DNA from: Enoplolaimus lenunculus
Taxonomy: Eukaryota
DNA length: 54,367 nt
Assembly (NCBI GenBank): GCA_030248215.1
Contig: JASANG010003494.1
Span: forward strand, 434,001-488,367
Reading direction: 5' to 3'
Positions within the stretch are counted from its first letter, which is position 1; each line of letters begins with the position of its first letter. The notes under the pieces are model-generated. The model had not been told where the DNA came from and ran no database searches. It was given only the letters and a program-made list of their open reading frames with translations. A program made the translations under genes and the position numbers. This document shows, one piece after another, positions 1 through 13,255 of this stretch.

Positions 1-1620
1 TAAATAGCTAGCTGTGTAGCTATGGCAAGACCTGATTCCTTCGCAAATTCCTGAATACTTTTACAAACTGTAGTAGTAGTAGTAGTAGTATATTAACATT
101 CAAACGCAAAAAATAAATTTTGGCTCGATTTGCTGGCTTGCGAAGATATATACGAATTTTATAATCTCCAATAATAAAAATCCTGGGTCCTTACTGGTGG
201 TCCGTAATCGAATTTTGTGCCCCCGGTGGCGTTCGTTGTGTACTTTCAAAGCCTTTTAATATATTTTATCAAAATTGAAACGCAACATTTTTCCACTCCA
301 TTCTTTAATTTATGTTGCTATTTTTAATGACGGAAATAAACGACAGACTAAATACTGATCTGACTATGAGTGTGACAACGGTAAAATTCGACCTACTCAT
401 TGCCAGCAGCAAACCGACACTAGCGTATTATTGAATAATCGTAAGCGATGTACCAATTTTAATAACCAGGGTCGCGTTTTTTACCGGTGATATCCCCCCT
501 CAATATTCAGAAGTCTCGCTGAGCATCTTTGAAGATCGGATAGACTGACAAAACAAACTTTACATTTTACGGAAAATGGCTTTCATTCAAGTTTACTTTT
601 ACGCTTTTCTAAATCGATTCAACTGTTTAAACGGCTTTATTATTGAGAAAAAAAACGCTGTTGCCGAGACTTTGTGTCTATTTTTTGTTATTCTTTCATA
701 GAGAAAAATCAGTTTTGACAAAATAGACTCAAACGATAACCAGGGACACTCGGATGCGAATACAAGAGACAGCCAGTAACGCTATGGTCCACCCAACAGC
801 AACCAGACGCCAAATTGTTTTCAATTATGATTTAGAGCTAAAATTTGCGTTTGACCTTCGTTAATTGCTTTCTACTATTATATATCGAGCGGCGACCCGT
901 TCCCGATCAAAGGGACCAAGACCAACGGTAGCAGTCACACAGATCAACTCGAACAATGGACGGATTTTGGACTAGTAAACGTCAAATTAATAGTCCGCCG
1001 TGTCGTGTTTTTTTTCGCTGCTCAACGCAAAAGTTTTCAATATTTAAAAATGAAAACATTTTTAAACTTTTAGTTATATTTAACAAACGAAAGCGGAATA
1101 CAAAACAAAATATCTGATACGAATAATAGTTTTGTTAATATCCTGACGGAAATGAACTAAGATGGAAACTTTATTTCCGTCCAAGCCGAGGTATATACAA
1201 CACATTTTTTATACAAATCTTTGTTACACTTTTTGGGATTAGTTGATGTATTTGAACGGTATCTGCTCGTATTTAATCGTTAAACACACCCAGTTGCCGA
1301 ATACAACTGATTAATCTGAGATTAACCGTTCTTCAGATCTCCTCAACGCAAACTTTAAACAAGTGAAATGTGGCGATTTGTCTCATGTTTTAAAGTTTAC
1401 CATTTCAATACAGATAATATTTTGTAAATATATTTAAGAAATCGGTCAGAATACCGATTTTCGCAGTATAAATATGTCAATTGCGATCACGAACCAATAA
1501 CCTAACAGGGCCCTGCGCCTTCATAGACATTGAAATTTCTGTTAATCACTTACTGATGAGATTTGTATGTGGGTGGTTCTCAAATCAAATTTGACGTATT
1601 TTATGTCAGTTTTTACTATC

Positions 1621-1940
1621 ACCAACAGTGCATGATACAAGAGTGTGCAATTCTTGCGGTTCCGTAGGGAACAAAATGTACCACCGCGTGTTGCGTTTTT
1701 GATCAACCCTGCCCCGTGTTGAGAGGGGGGTCGCTATCACATGAATACCCCTAAATTAAACTATAACGAGAGCAAGTTTGACGACGCAGACATAAAGTGT
1801 CATGGTTCGCGCCGGTAGTACCCCATTTCTAAACAAAGCGGGGTAGGGCAAAAACGCAACGCGTGCCGGGTACATTCATTCCTACACTGAATGTGCCCAG
1901 TTGCACACTGTGGGTTAAATAGCAATTATCTACTCTTGCT
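1621..1940. mobile_element. ACCAAGAG-family MITE, 3-bp TSD ATC
   Basis: Homologous to 6583-6918 and 12083-12400; atc on both flanks. Confidence 0.75.
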
Positions 1941-2330
1941 ATCATTGAGGCACAAATATGAAAGTAATCCGGCAAATCGTGTCAATTTTGCTTTAAATTA
2001 AGCAAATAATAAAATCTTTGAAAATTGATAAGAAATAGGAACGGAATCATACTCCGCAGTTTACGTACCTAAGTTTGCGTATTTTCAATTAACTGTAGCA
2101 TCTGTCACCGGCGGATGTAGTAGACTTTGTTGCCTTTCGAATCAGCGAATGGTGAGATTCGAAATTGAGGACATTTTTTGACGTTAAATTGTCATACTTC
2201 TGTACCAATTTCGAATTATGCACTTGCCGTTGTTCGTCAGTTCCACAAGCTATAAGCTTAGGTGAAAGCTTAGCCCAAGCAAAAATTTAAATTTGAATCG
2301 ACGATGCATGAATGTATTGGAACCATTATA

Positions 2331-2544
2331 CACTGCAAAAATGATGGGTCAAATCGGCTCTCTCCGAAATAGGCGCTACGGAACTACACAAACTGGATCA
2401 AATACGACTCCGCCAGACTCAAACGTGCGACTCAATAAGCTGAATTTGACTCTGGTGGAGTCGAATTTGACTCAGCTTGTGTAGTGCCGTAGAGCCAGCC
2501 TATTTCGGAGGTAGTCTCAATTAGGCTCACCATTTTTTGCAGTG
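2331..2544. mobile_element. CACTG-ended MITE (CMC/CACTA-Mirage-like, 2-bp TSD TA)
   Basis: cactgcaaaaatgatgg...ctccgaaataggc / gcctatttcggag...cattttttgcagtg, flanked by TA. Confidence 0.8.
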
Positions 2545-3347
2545 TATATGACTGCTAGCCGTTTTTTCTATACACTCGATAGCGCGTATTGTTTATCAGA
2601 TATCGTTTTTAGCATTTTCAATAGGGATTTTTGATATTTTTAATAATCCAAAATAAACATAGTAAATAGTCGACTTGGTTTCAGCGAACACGTGGCTTCA
2701 GTTAAGCTTAAACCACGGCGATATCAAAGCTTAACAGAGCTTGTAAAATCATTTTTCAATGTGTAGTTTGAATTTTGCACATCTAATGCAGATATTCAAC
2801 TATAATGGTGTATATTTGAACCAGCGACAGATATTGAAAACTAGCAAAAGTTTGCCTGCATTTTTTTCAAATAATTTACCAGCACAGTATTTTCTGCAAT
2901 ATCAATCAGTTTCCCTACACTGATGGTCAGGGCCGGAGCAGCCACCCCCCATACCCCTATAGAGGACCCCACCCTGACCGGTTGAAACAAAAACCGCTTA
3001 AGTTTTAAAATGCATCTGGCTCGCTCGCTCGTTTCGCTCGCGAGTTTGGGGGCGCCCTCCCTGGAATTTATGGGAAACCCGTACCCCTGCCTGATCCGGC
3101 ACTGCTGGTAGTGGCTGACCAATACAGGAAATCGCGGATGCAGCGTGGATACCAACGTGGTGGCGTGGAAAAGTTCGCTATACAAATTGTTCATCTAAAG
3201 CTCACAATGTGTTTGATAGGCCAATGGCTGAAAAATATCAAGCCAAAATATACAGGAGTTCAAAACGTTGTCGCCGTTTGGCGTTAATTTGGAAATCTTG
3301 AAATGGAATAGGTTGTTAAATTGGTTTAAAATTCAAAACACCAGTAT

Positions 3348-3589
3348 CGGGCCCGTAACCAAGGAGTGGGGCTAGGGGGACTCAGTCCCTGCCCTGGAAA
3401 ATTTTTTGCCCCCCCCTAGCAAGTTTTCAACTTTGCTTGTAACTCATTGAAAACCCTTGAATGCCTGTCTTGAAAAGTTTTTAGCCCCCTAAAGTTTTCA
3501 ACCTTGCTTGTAACTCATCGAAAACCCTTGAATGCCTGTCCTGAAAAGTTTTTAGTCCCCCTAGCAACGTGAGCAGGCAAACGGGCCTG
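3348..3589. mobile_element. Short-TIR GC-rich MITE with an internal ~60-bp duplication; related copy at about 4356-4530
   Basis: cgggcccgt...acgggcctg termini; aagttttcaac.ttgcttgtaactcat.gaaaacccttgaatgcctgtc.tgaaaagtttttag occurs twice. Confidence 0.6.
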
Positions 3590-3838
3590 ATAAATATCCT
3601 ACATACCGGAAATCCATGATTCCACACCACTGAATCGCTACTGCTGGTAAGTTCACGTTTGTCGACGCTTACTGAGCGGTTGTCACAAATTTTGGCCTGA
3701 AAACAATCAATTTTTAACTTTTAATTTTCTTTAAAATAAAGGCAAAAAATTAAACTGAAATGTACTTTGGGTGTCAGATTGATTTTTTTACCATAAACAA
3801 ATATCTCATACGGCCAACGTATATATTTTTTGATTTAA

Positions 3839-4101
3839 CCCTTTCTCACATGAATATTTTCTATTTCCCATGAGACCTACTTTTATGCTAGGATTCGAAC
3901 TCCAGTGACTGGAGTGGGAGACGTATACCATCACCACTCAGCTATAGGAGCTTGACGCTCGAGCCGGAGGGGGCTCTCACGTCATGTGGTGATTTAGTAC
4001 TATGTATACGTGTTGCAATTGTTAAACACGGTGCGATATACATTATTTAACGTATATACACTGCGCTTAGTTGCCTTTAGGCAACTCAATGTGAGAAGGG
4101 G
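3839..4101 (-). mobile_element. piggyBac-like MITE (TTAA TSD, CCC...GGG ends) with an internal tRNA-like box A/B segment
   Basis: TTAA|ccctttctcacat...atgtgagaagggg|TTAA. The minus strand has TAGCTGAGTGG (box A) and GAGTTCGAATCC (box B). Second copy at 45373-45635. Confidence 0.8.
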
Positions 4102-4652
4102 TTAATCTTGAATCCGATGATATCTTGACCTATTGATATAGGCTTAACATTCACAGTTTCACAATATACTGGACTAGCTCGATACAACGGTACAAGGTAC
4201 GGCATAAATGTTGCTGTTTATCACATGTTTTTGGTTCATTGCATTCCATAGAGTTGGAGGGTTCATTATATAACGTACTTTGAATTATGTAGTCCCAGCC
4301 AAGCTTACCACAGTATTTTGTGAAACTCTACAGTGTCGAGAGTTTGGGATTATTTACGAGCCCATAACCGTAGGGGGAGCCAGGATCGCCTCAGCGCTTC
4401 GTGGAAAATTTTTTGAGACCCCTAGAAAATTTTCAACCTTGTTTGTAAGACAACGAAAACCTTTATATACCCCCTCCTGAAACATTTTTAGTCCCGCCCC
4501 CCCGGCTAGGTGAGCTGGTTACGAGCTTGATTCTTTACCGTGACTTTGGGGTTAGAGTTGTATTGTACATTCGTTGCGAATTTGAATTTCAGTGCTCAAT
4601 TTTAGTTATCTTAAATGTTTAAGTTGAAAATTGCTGTTATTAATAAAAGATA

Positions 4653-7600
4653 ATGATTTCGCTTCACTGTTGTGTTCGAACTGTTCGTGCAAATGATTGT
4701 ATTAAATGCGCCAGTGAACAAGTTACAACAGTCGGCAGCGAAGATTCGCATTTTGATGCTTCAACTATACTTGTGGACACGTATGTTGCTATCCCTGAAG
4801 CAACGCCTCTCAAGCGACTGGTGGCAACGACTCTTGACGCAATTGGATTAACTCAGTTTGCTCAAAATGCTCAAGGTTAAATTATACTTCGGTTCAATGT
4901 TTCGTTTGTTTTCATAATTTCAGCCATCAAATTTTGGGCGCAGTGGATGGAACGGTGGCTGATCAAGGAACTGTGGTAGAAAATGTACCACTGGGTGTTG
5001 CGTTTTTTGGCCGTCCTACCTTTCTTCGGGAGGGAAAATGATAGAATACAAATTATTGTTTGATTTTTTACAAGTTTCGAGTCGTAGCTAAAATATTTTT
5101 ATGTCATTGTGCCAAAGATAAAACCCTAAAACAGTTTAATCCCCTATCCATTGCATTAGACCAATTTTTTTTCGCTTAGGCTCAGGGTTAGTTATAGGCT
5201 TATCCTTGCGCTGCGGTGTAGGATTAGGCTTAAGAATGGTGCTTATACCACTGTAATTGGCCCCATGCAATACATGGACTTAATTTCCGTAACCACCACA
5301 ACTAATAACGCTTATTTAGAGTTCGCTTATTATTTTTAGGAAAAATTCAATTAGCAACTTGGAAACCGTTAAATTTCAACGAAATCACTTCGGATCCGTC
5401 AATTTGCGTTGGAGTACTGTTCAAAGATTTAACCGATCATATTATGCTCAAGATTTTAACCAAAGAGTAAGTGTACTTTCGGTCAATGAATCAGTACGAT
5501 TAGTAAAGTGGAACATAGTACCGTTTTACTATAGTGATGTCTAACGTTGTCGACCCAAGATGAAAATAGTTATTTGACCGTAAATTGTGGCCAGTAAGGC
5601 GAATTGAGGAAAAAATTATCAGCGTAGGTTTCGGTTGAAAATTTTGAAGAAATTTTCTTACTGTTCGAAACGAGGTATTCACATCTTAGAAAGTGAAATT
5701 TTTCAAAAAAATTCAATTTTAGGTGTTCGGAGAGTCATAGAAACGCAAATATTGGCGGAAAACAAGATTACAGTAGCATCAGTTCTGATCAACCACCGTC
5801 TCCCTCGGCAATCCCGAGTAGAGTAACGTGTGCGATTCGTGACGGTTTGCAGCAAACTTAACAATCGGTCATAAGCTTGTTTACAAACACGGACAAACGC
5901 GAAAAAAATTTAAGAAATACTTTAGGTTCATGGTCCAGACAGATTAAATTATTGCGTTTTCCAAAGGGAACAGACGCAAAATCTAGAGCAGTCTCATGTA
6001 AAAAAAAGTCAAACAAATTTTATTTTCATATGTTCAACTTTTAGAACTCCAAGCTGCTTAACTGCTCAACGATCACCGTCGAATGCAAATGATAACTTGA
6101 CTAGCGTTGGTATCAGCGTTCATTCGAATCGCAGTGGCCGACTACAAGCGGCTAAAGACGCCCTGCTCAAAGCTTCACTTGCTCAAAATCCAACATTTCT
6201 CGACAGTATTGAAGACGCTGAAATTAAGGTCAGTCTTGTTTCTTCAAGATTATTTTATTTATTAAAAGCGTTTTGTGGTTATGCACAACTCACAATAGCG
6301 TTTGTTAACGGAGCCACAAACACTCTTGCTATATGTTTTACATAGCAAGTTCGAAACATTTTGCCTATAAGCTTAAGTCGTAATTTAGGCGAATTCCGAA
6401 TTGTGCTAGTTCGGGGCGTAATTACTAACTTGAGCTAGCCTACGGCGTAATTGTTTTTATACAGCGAGTGTACGCCTTTTGATTGTTTGCCATCTTAATG
6501 TCTTTCTCAAATTCGATTAGCTGATGCAAATACTCTTCTCATTGGCTAAGTAATCGCTGCCTGTTGGCTATCAGTTAGTTTTACCAAGAGTGGATGATCA
6601 CTCTTTTTAACAAGAGCGTGCAACGGGGCACATTCTGTGTATTAAAGAATGTACCCGGCACGCGTTGCGTTTTTGGCCTACCCCCTCTTGTTTTGGGGTC
6701 TTTATGCAGTTTTATATCGTAGCAAAGGATGAAATTGTAACCCCCCTTGTTTAACGGGGTAGGTGTTCTGAAACATACTGTGAATCTCTTGCTTAAACTC
6801 CCCCCTGATTGAAGGGGCGGGGTCGAAAAAAATGCAACGCGTGCTGGTACATTCTTTAATACACAGAATGTACCCAGTTGCACACTCTTGTTATAAAGAG
6901 TGATCATCCACTCTTGGTTTTACTAACAAAAGTGAAATCAAGCTGTATTTCAAGCAACCAATCAGAAAACGCACAGCTTTATCAGAAATAATTCCAGTTT
7001 GGTCTAGTCCAATTCGGAATCGGGCTGATTCACAATTTGGGCTACGACATATACAACACCATAACTAAACTTACTCCTGAACGTTATCCTCAATGTATGC
7101 CTAATCAAAAAATAATTTAAAGCTTAAGCTGACTTGATTGCAGTCTACAGAAAAACGGTACTCTTGTCAAAAACATGGGTCAAACAATAAGGAGACATGC
7201 GTTTAAACAAAAATCACTAAATTGTTTGTTTTGTTATCGAATTTTGGCAAATTAATATCACACGAATACTAACTTTTCGAAGATTTCAATCCAGCTGTCG
7301 CGTCATTGACCTGTCTGATGGCCAATTTTGTAACCAAAATTCAATTTCAACCATCTGGCATTGTTTTAGACGATTGCAACGCGGATTTTACACGGAACAA
7401 CGGCGTCGTCGCAACTAAACTTATCGAACACCGTTCTTGAACGTTCGTCTCCAACTCCAACCATCCCTCAAGATTCCAGCGACCAAAATACCGAAACTGA
7501 ACCTACTAAAGACAACACTCGAAATTTGAGCCCCGTGTCTGAGCCCAACCCGTCATCGGTAACGACAACAAAAGACTCGACCGTCACTAGCGGGACACCT

Positions 7601-10362
7601 CCAAGCCCAAACGTCCTGGAACGCTTTGTTGATTGGTGTAATCAGCAAATCCTCGTCAGTTCTCCAAGTGACGATCCTGAATGTTCTCAGAAACCTGAAA
7701 ATACGAAATATGACCGTTTTAAATCAAAAGATGCGAATTTATCTCACAGTACTAGAGTAAAATGTTCGTCAACGGTTCGAACAACAATCACTCGTTTGCC
7801 AAAGTCGCAAGACGACGCCAACACCAGTGGTGAGTCTAATGAGAGACCAGTGCCTCATTATAGAAGTTGTTTCAATAAAGGAAATTCGGCAAAATTTAAC
7901 CAATTTCTTGAAATTCCTAAAATAGAACGCTGGTATCGCGAATGTGCGAATCCTTCGCGTAATCGAATGCTGCAGTTTATGCATATTCTCAACGCGTCAA
8001 ATTATCGCAAACATACATCGGCGAAAATCAGCTATTCACAAGTGGTCAATTGGTTTGCGTCGAAACGAAGTGCAGAGCGCGGATCGAACCACGACCCTCA
8101 GCAGCGACGGTTTAGCGGTCAGAACACAACGACGCACAGACCACTCGACCATTGCGCCAGTCGACACGATGCAAACAACGACAGTGTCAATGAACTCGTG
8201 CCGTCACACAGTGACGCCAAATCGAGCAACCATGACGCAACATCGTATTCGTTATTAAGTGCATTACAGGCGTTTGGCGATCCCGTAGAGTTGAGCAAAA
8301 TTATCCAAACTGCAACTGCAACAAACAAATCACTGAACGCAACTGAAGCTCAAACATCACTTATGGCAGCGCGTAATTCACTTTTGGCAAATTTAACAAA
8401 TTTAAATAATTTAGTTGGAAGTTCAGCAACGTCGCCTTCAAAAACGACTCCAAAATTTGGATTCGATACTATCGCAAGTTATGTTAGTAACCGTGAAACT
8501 ACAGGGCGCTCTCCAGCTGTCAAAGAGGCCACATTTGCTGGCGAAGTAAACAACTCAGACCGCGCTGCTGATCAAGCCCTTAATTTATCAGCAGATATTG
8601 CTAGCGAAAATAGAATGGATTTCGCTAACTTTGAAGTTAACCGCGGTAGTCCCGAATATCAAATCAAATCCAACGCAGACAACAGCTTGGAACGAACGTC
8701 AACTGAAATGATCGTAAGAAACACAGGTGGCGTTTCGATTATGAACAATCACAAGTTGCGAGCGAACAAACTTGGCAGTGGCCATACTACAGCAGGAACC
8801 GGAACCGGATATATGTCGAATTTACTTCCGCCAATCAGAATCGAAGACGCTAACGCAGCATTGACACGTCCTAGTCGAAGTCGAAGTGGCAATAATTGTG
8901 ACTTGTCAACGAATCGTGAACGACAATTTCAACAAAATTATGAAAATAATACTGGTACAGTAACACCAACTGATCAACTAACCAATCACAGCGTGGGACA
9001 AAAATCGAAATCAAGCCAGATTCACTGTGAACCTGGCGGACACGGAAGTGGAAATGACGATGCTGATTTATTATCTACAACCATGACTTTCAATGATTCA
9101 ATGAAGAAAACCGGAAGCGTTGACGCACCAAATAATCGTATGATAGATCCGGCCGACACAGATGGAAACAATAACGACATTAAACTGGAACCGGATACAG
9201 AAACCGCTGGCAACAACGATAAAGGCGAGCCGAACGCGGAAAATCAATCGTTGCGAAATCCGGATGCACTAAATTGTCGTGTCGGAGATGAAAATCGTCA
9301 AAATGACTCAATTTCCAGCCATGGGCCAGCGCCGACAACCCGTGGCAGTACTTCTCAAAGTTCACCATCACCAAGCGGAAGCGGAAGCGTTCAGTCAAGC
9401 TATACTGACAACGTGTTTGCTCAAAACCCACGAGTGGCGCCTACGAAAACTCCCGAACATTCTGATGAAATGCTCGAAAAGTTTCAACAAAGTCTTCAAG
9501 GCGGTCATAATGCCGGGACATCCGGCATTAACACTGGTTTCCTTCCGTTTGAGCAACTTTTAGCTGCCGCTGCCGGAACCGGAACGCTGAATCCAGCTGC
9601 TGCTGCTGCCGCGTTGATGTTTTATCAGCAACAACAACAGCAGCAGCAACTTGGATCTCAGGCGATGCTCGGGGCTAAAACTAACGCACAGTCGCCACCT
9701 ACTTCGGCAGCAATGATCGCTGCTGAGCTGGCGGCACTGTCCGCGTTAGCCCGCCCAGGTGGCGTGGGAAATTCAGGCGCGCCCAATGCCTTTCTTGGCC
9801 TATCAAATGTTCCAGGTACATTTTTTGGGACAGGAGTAGTCGGTGTGTTTTTGCTTACTGTTTATAATCTCATATGAGTTTAGTTCTGATTGTATAATCG
9901 TTAAGAATTTACAATAGCTGAACGGATCTATTTTGATTTTATGGACCACTTTATTTTTCTTAATAATGTATTTCTTGTCTACTGTTGACGTCTATCCGAT
10001 ATATTCCAGTGATGATATCATCACGTTTCAAATTCGTCATAAATCATTCATATACTTATTTAAATATAAACAATGTTTCAGGAGCCGCCAAACAGCTTTC
10101 ACAAGTGCTCGCGAGTAATCCAAGCTTTCTATCGTTACCCTCATCAACGGCCAGCTCAATGTCGTTGCTCGGCAACCCTGATTATTCGTCACTGTTAGCA
10201 ACAGCGGCGACATCAAAAGCGTCGAGTACTGCAAGTACAGCCTTGAGCGATTCACTCCTGCAACCAAGTTCAGCTTCGACTCCACCGATGTCTATAGGAT
10301 CATCTGGTCATTCGAATAATTCTCAAAGTAAGTTCAGTTTACATTTGGTTAACAACAACGGC

Positions 10363-10415
<53 letters not shown>

Positions 10416-11041
10416 GAACAACAATAACAACATCGTTTAAGGTCAACTTATCACCAAAAACTGTAAACTCAAAATGACTTCGGTGGAAGTTAAATTTATC
10501 TGTGACTGATGAATATGACATAAATTTGGCCGGAATTGTGAACCGGAATACGAATTCAGTTGAAACCCTGCTCGACCGGATATATCATTGTATATGTCGA
10601 GCGATGAACAGCTATTTTTGTATGACCAAATTGTACCATATTAAATATACTATTTCAGGCCAACAACAATCAAATTCATCTGCTACCGGGCACCGAACCC
10701 GTTTAATGTTCGATCCGCTGTCTGAGATTCCGTTGCTCGAAAAATGGTTCGACGAAAATCCGCATCCGTCATGGCTTCAAATTGACCAATTCACTGAAAC
10801 TTTGAACGCAATGCCTTATCGTTCGACGTACCCGCCTGTCACTACGTACAACGTTAAAATTTGGTTTAAAAATCGTCGCGCAAAAAACAAACGTTTAACT
10901 ACGATTAAGCTTGAAGATTCGAGTTCAAACATTTTGAGTAACACCGCAATCGCCAATGGGACCATTCCGCTCGCAGCTGGAGCTGTTCAGAGTCGGCATT
11001 TTTTACTCGCCAATAAACTAATTGAAGATAGTATTATTTGA
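4653..11041 (+). CDS. dve-1: DVE-1/Compass (SATB-like) homeobox transcription factor; join(4653..4875,5340..5466,6045..6228,7370..9815,10082..10327,10659..11041)
   Basis: Exons join in frame through GT-AG introns. N-terminal Compass/ULD-like segment (DTYVAIPEATPLKRLVATTLDAIG...QGKIQLATWKPLNFNEITSDP), homeodomain 1 (KFNQFLEIPKIERWY...VVNWFASKR) and homeodomain 2 (RTRLMFDPLSEIPLLEKWFDENPHPS...VKIWFKNRRAK), the architecture of Dve/DVE-1. The true start could lie in an upstream exon. Confidence 0.88.
5130..5280. mobile_element. Degenerate telomeric-repeat MITE remnant in dve-1 intron 1
   Basis: gcttagggctcagggttag...gcttataccactgt...ggccccatgcaatacatggac resembles the right half of the family. 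Confidence 0.5.
6583..6918. mobile_element. ACCAAGAG-ended MITE with long TIRs and 3-bp TSD (TTT), in dve-1 intron 3
   Basis: About 90-bp imperfect TIRs accaagagtggatgatcactct...agagtgatcatccactcttggt. Confidence 0.88.
10351..10433. repeat. (AAC)n microsatellite at the start of dve-1 intron 5
   Basis: Imperfect aac run visible directly. Confidence 0.95.
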
Positions 11042-11267
11042 GAATGGCCAATCGTTGATCGAGAAAGTTTTGTGGTTTGTGCATACCTGGACGCTACTGG
11101 CTGCACAAACTTAGTACTGGTTGAGAATAGCCAATGGTTGATCGAGAAAGTTTTGTGGTTTGTGCATACCTGGACGCTACTGGCTGCACGAACTTAGTAC
11201 TGTTTGAGAATGACCAATGGTTGATCGGGAAAGTTTTGTGGTTTGTGCATACCTGGACGCTACTGGC
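11038..11267. repeat. 83-bp tandem repeat (about 2.8 copies) spanning the dve-1 stop codon and 3' UTR
   Basis: Units start at 11038, 11121 and 11204 (ttgagaat..ccaat.gttgatcg.gaaagttttgtggtttgtgcatacctggacgctactggc). Confidence 0.92.
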
Positions 11268-12082
11268 GGCTCAAATTCGTCAGCTTGAACAAATTTTCAG
11301 GTTGATATTGACATTTTAGTGTCTTCAACGTTTGCCTTAATGATTTGAGTAATGTATTAACGGAATATTTTATCAGATGCCAAAATGAAACAATATGTGG
11401 TTTGTTTGTTTGTTTGTTTGTTTGTTTATAATCATCCTTGGCGGTACCGGTTAAAGCGCTCTCACACCCTCAGAATTGGGGGGGCGCGACCCTAGGGTAA
11501 CCCACCTTGACAAACTAAAAAGGTTTTCGCGGACCACCAAAGTATAGAGCTGTAAAACATTTTATTGGGGTTCCATCGGACCTGTTTGGGGGGCTAGACG
11601 ATCAGAACGCCGGTGGTTATACTTGTACGTATATGCCTTGGACATTGTGTGTCTTCATTTTTTGTGCCTTATTTCGTGCAAACTTTAAATTTGAGTAAGA
11701 TTTCAATTGCAACAAGGGGCGGATTTAAACTGATAATATAAATATTGCAGTAAGCTTAGTTTTAAAAAGCTGCTTATTTTCGAATTGAAACAATTTTACA
11801 ATGTTATTCAGCAAACTCTAAGCCTATCATATCCTTTGTTGAGGGAAAACTTCTGTGAATGTTCAGTTTTATTGGACAACGCAACAAACTTGATACATCG
11901 CAATATCCTTTATGTTTTGACATAGTAAGACACATTGAAAAATTCACCGACAGAAAATGTTTCGCTGAAAAATGGCTTGGAAAAATACTGACCGTTGCGG
12001 AGTTCGCTTGTTTTAAAATCTATTACTAACTGATGATAGCATAGCTGGCTACGCATAGTTGAAAATACTGCTATTTGGTTTC

Positions 12083-12400
12083 ACCAAGAGTGCATAATAC
12101 AAGAGTGTGCAATTCTTGAGGTTCCGCATGATACAAAATGTACCACCGGGTTTCGCGTTTGAAGCCGCCTCCCCCGCTTTTTTAGAGGATGGTCGTTGTC
12201 ACATGCAATAACACTAAATTATACTATAAGCGGATCATTTTTGGTTCCAGATACATAAAGTGTCATGGTTCGTACAGGCTGTACCACGCTCTAAATAAAG
12301 GGGGGTAGGGCAAAAACAACGCGTGCCGGGTACATTCTTTTCTACACAACGTGTAGCCAGTTGTATACTCTTGTTGAAGTATGCATCATCCACTCTTGGT
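12083..12400. mobile_element. ACCAAGAG-family MITE, 3-bp TSD TTC
   Basis: accaagagtgcataatac...catccactcttggt; ttc on both flanks. Confidence 0.8.
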
Positions 12401-13255
12401 TTCACCAATTTGAGCGTTTTAATATTGAGTTAATATCTGTTTGCTGCGGTGAGTGCAGTATTTTATACATACGTCTGTTTGTTGGTTTGTTTGTTTGTTT
12501 GTTTGTTTAAGTGCAATTATTTTTTAGTCTGTTCAATTGTTGTTCAATTTGTAAAGTCTCAATATAAGCCTTTTTTTATTCATATTCTAACTGTTTTGCT
12601 ACTTATTTTCAAATATACCATGGCTGATTTTGTTTAATTCCAATAACTCCAGTGGTATTTTTCGTCGCTTGGCTCTGTGGTTCTTGGTCGTTGTAAAATT
12701 TTAAGATAATTTCCAGAAATTCGATTCTACACATTTAAAATATAACTTTAAGCTTTTACGCGTAAACCAAATTCACTGGGCTGAAGTAGTTAATATCAAA
12801 ATACACCTGTCGTTAATAAGACGTATTTAAAAATAACCACTTTTCCTTTTAGTAGCCTAACAGTGGCCTGAGCTTATTCCTAAGATTAAGTCTCGGCATA
12901 TGGATAAGCCTAAAACTATGCCAAACTGTACACGCCTGAGGCTTAGGTTTAAGAACAAGCTTTCCTGAACATAAAATTTTGTCAAATCCTTTGCCTAAAG
13001 CGTAATTTTTATCTGCGAGCCAAAGTAATGACAACATTTTAGTTTGCTGAATTTAGTGTGCTCTCTTTACAGTCGCGTGGGAAAACGAAACGCTCATAGA
13101 AGCAGTATGGGTCTTAAAAAACTGTTGGAAACATTTTAATTCGAACAATTCACATTTCTCAAACCACAAATAATTGTATGAGACATTGAAAAAAATTTTG
13201 TATAAAATTTCAATTTTTATTATCTAAAATTATTAATCTTTATCATATTTCATTC

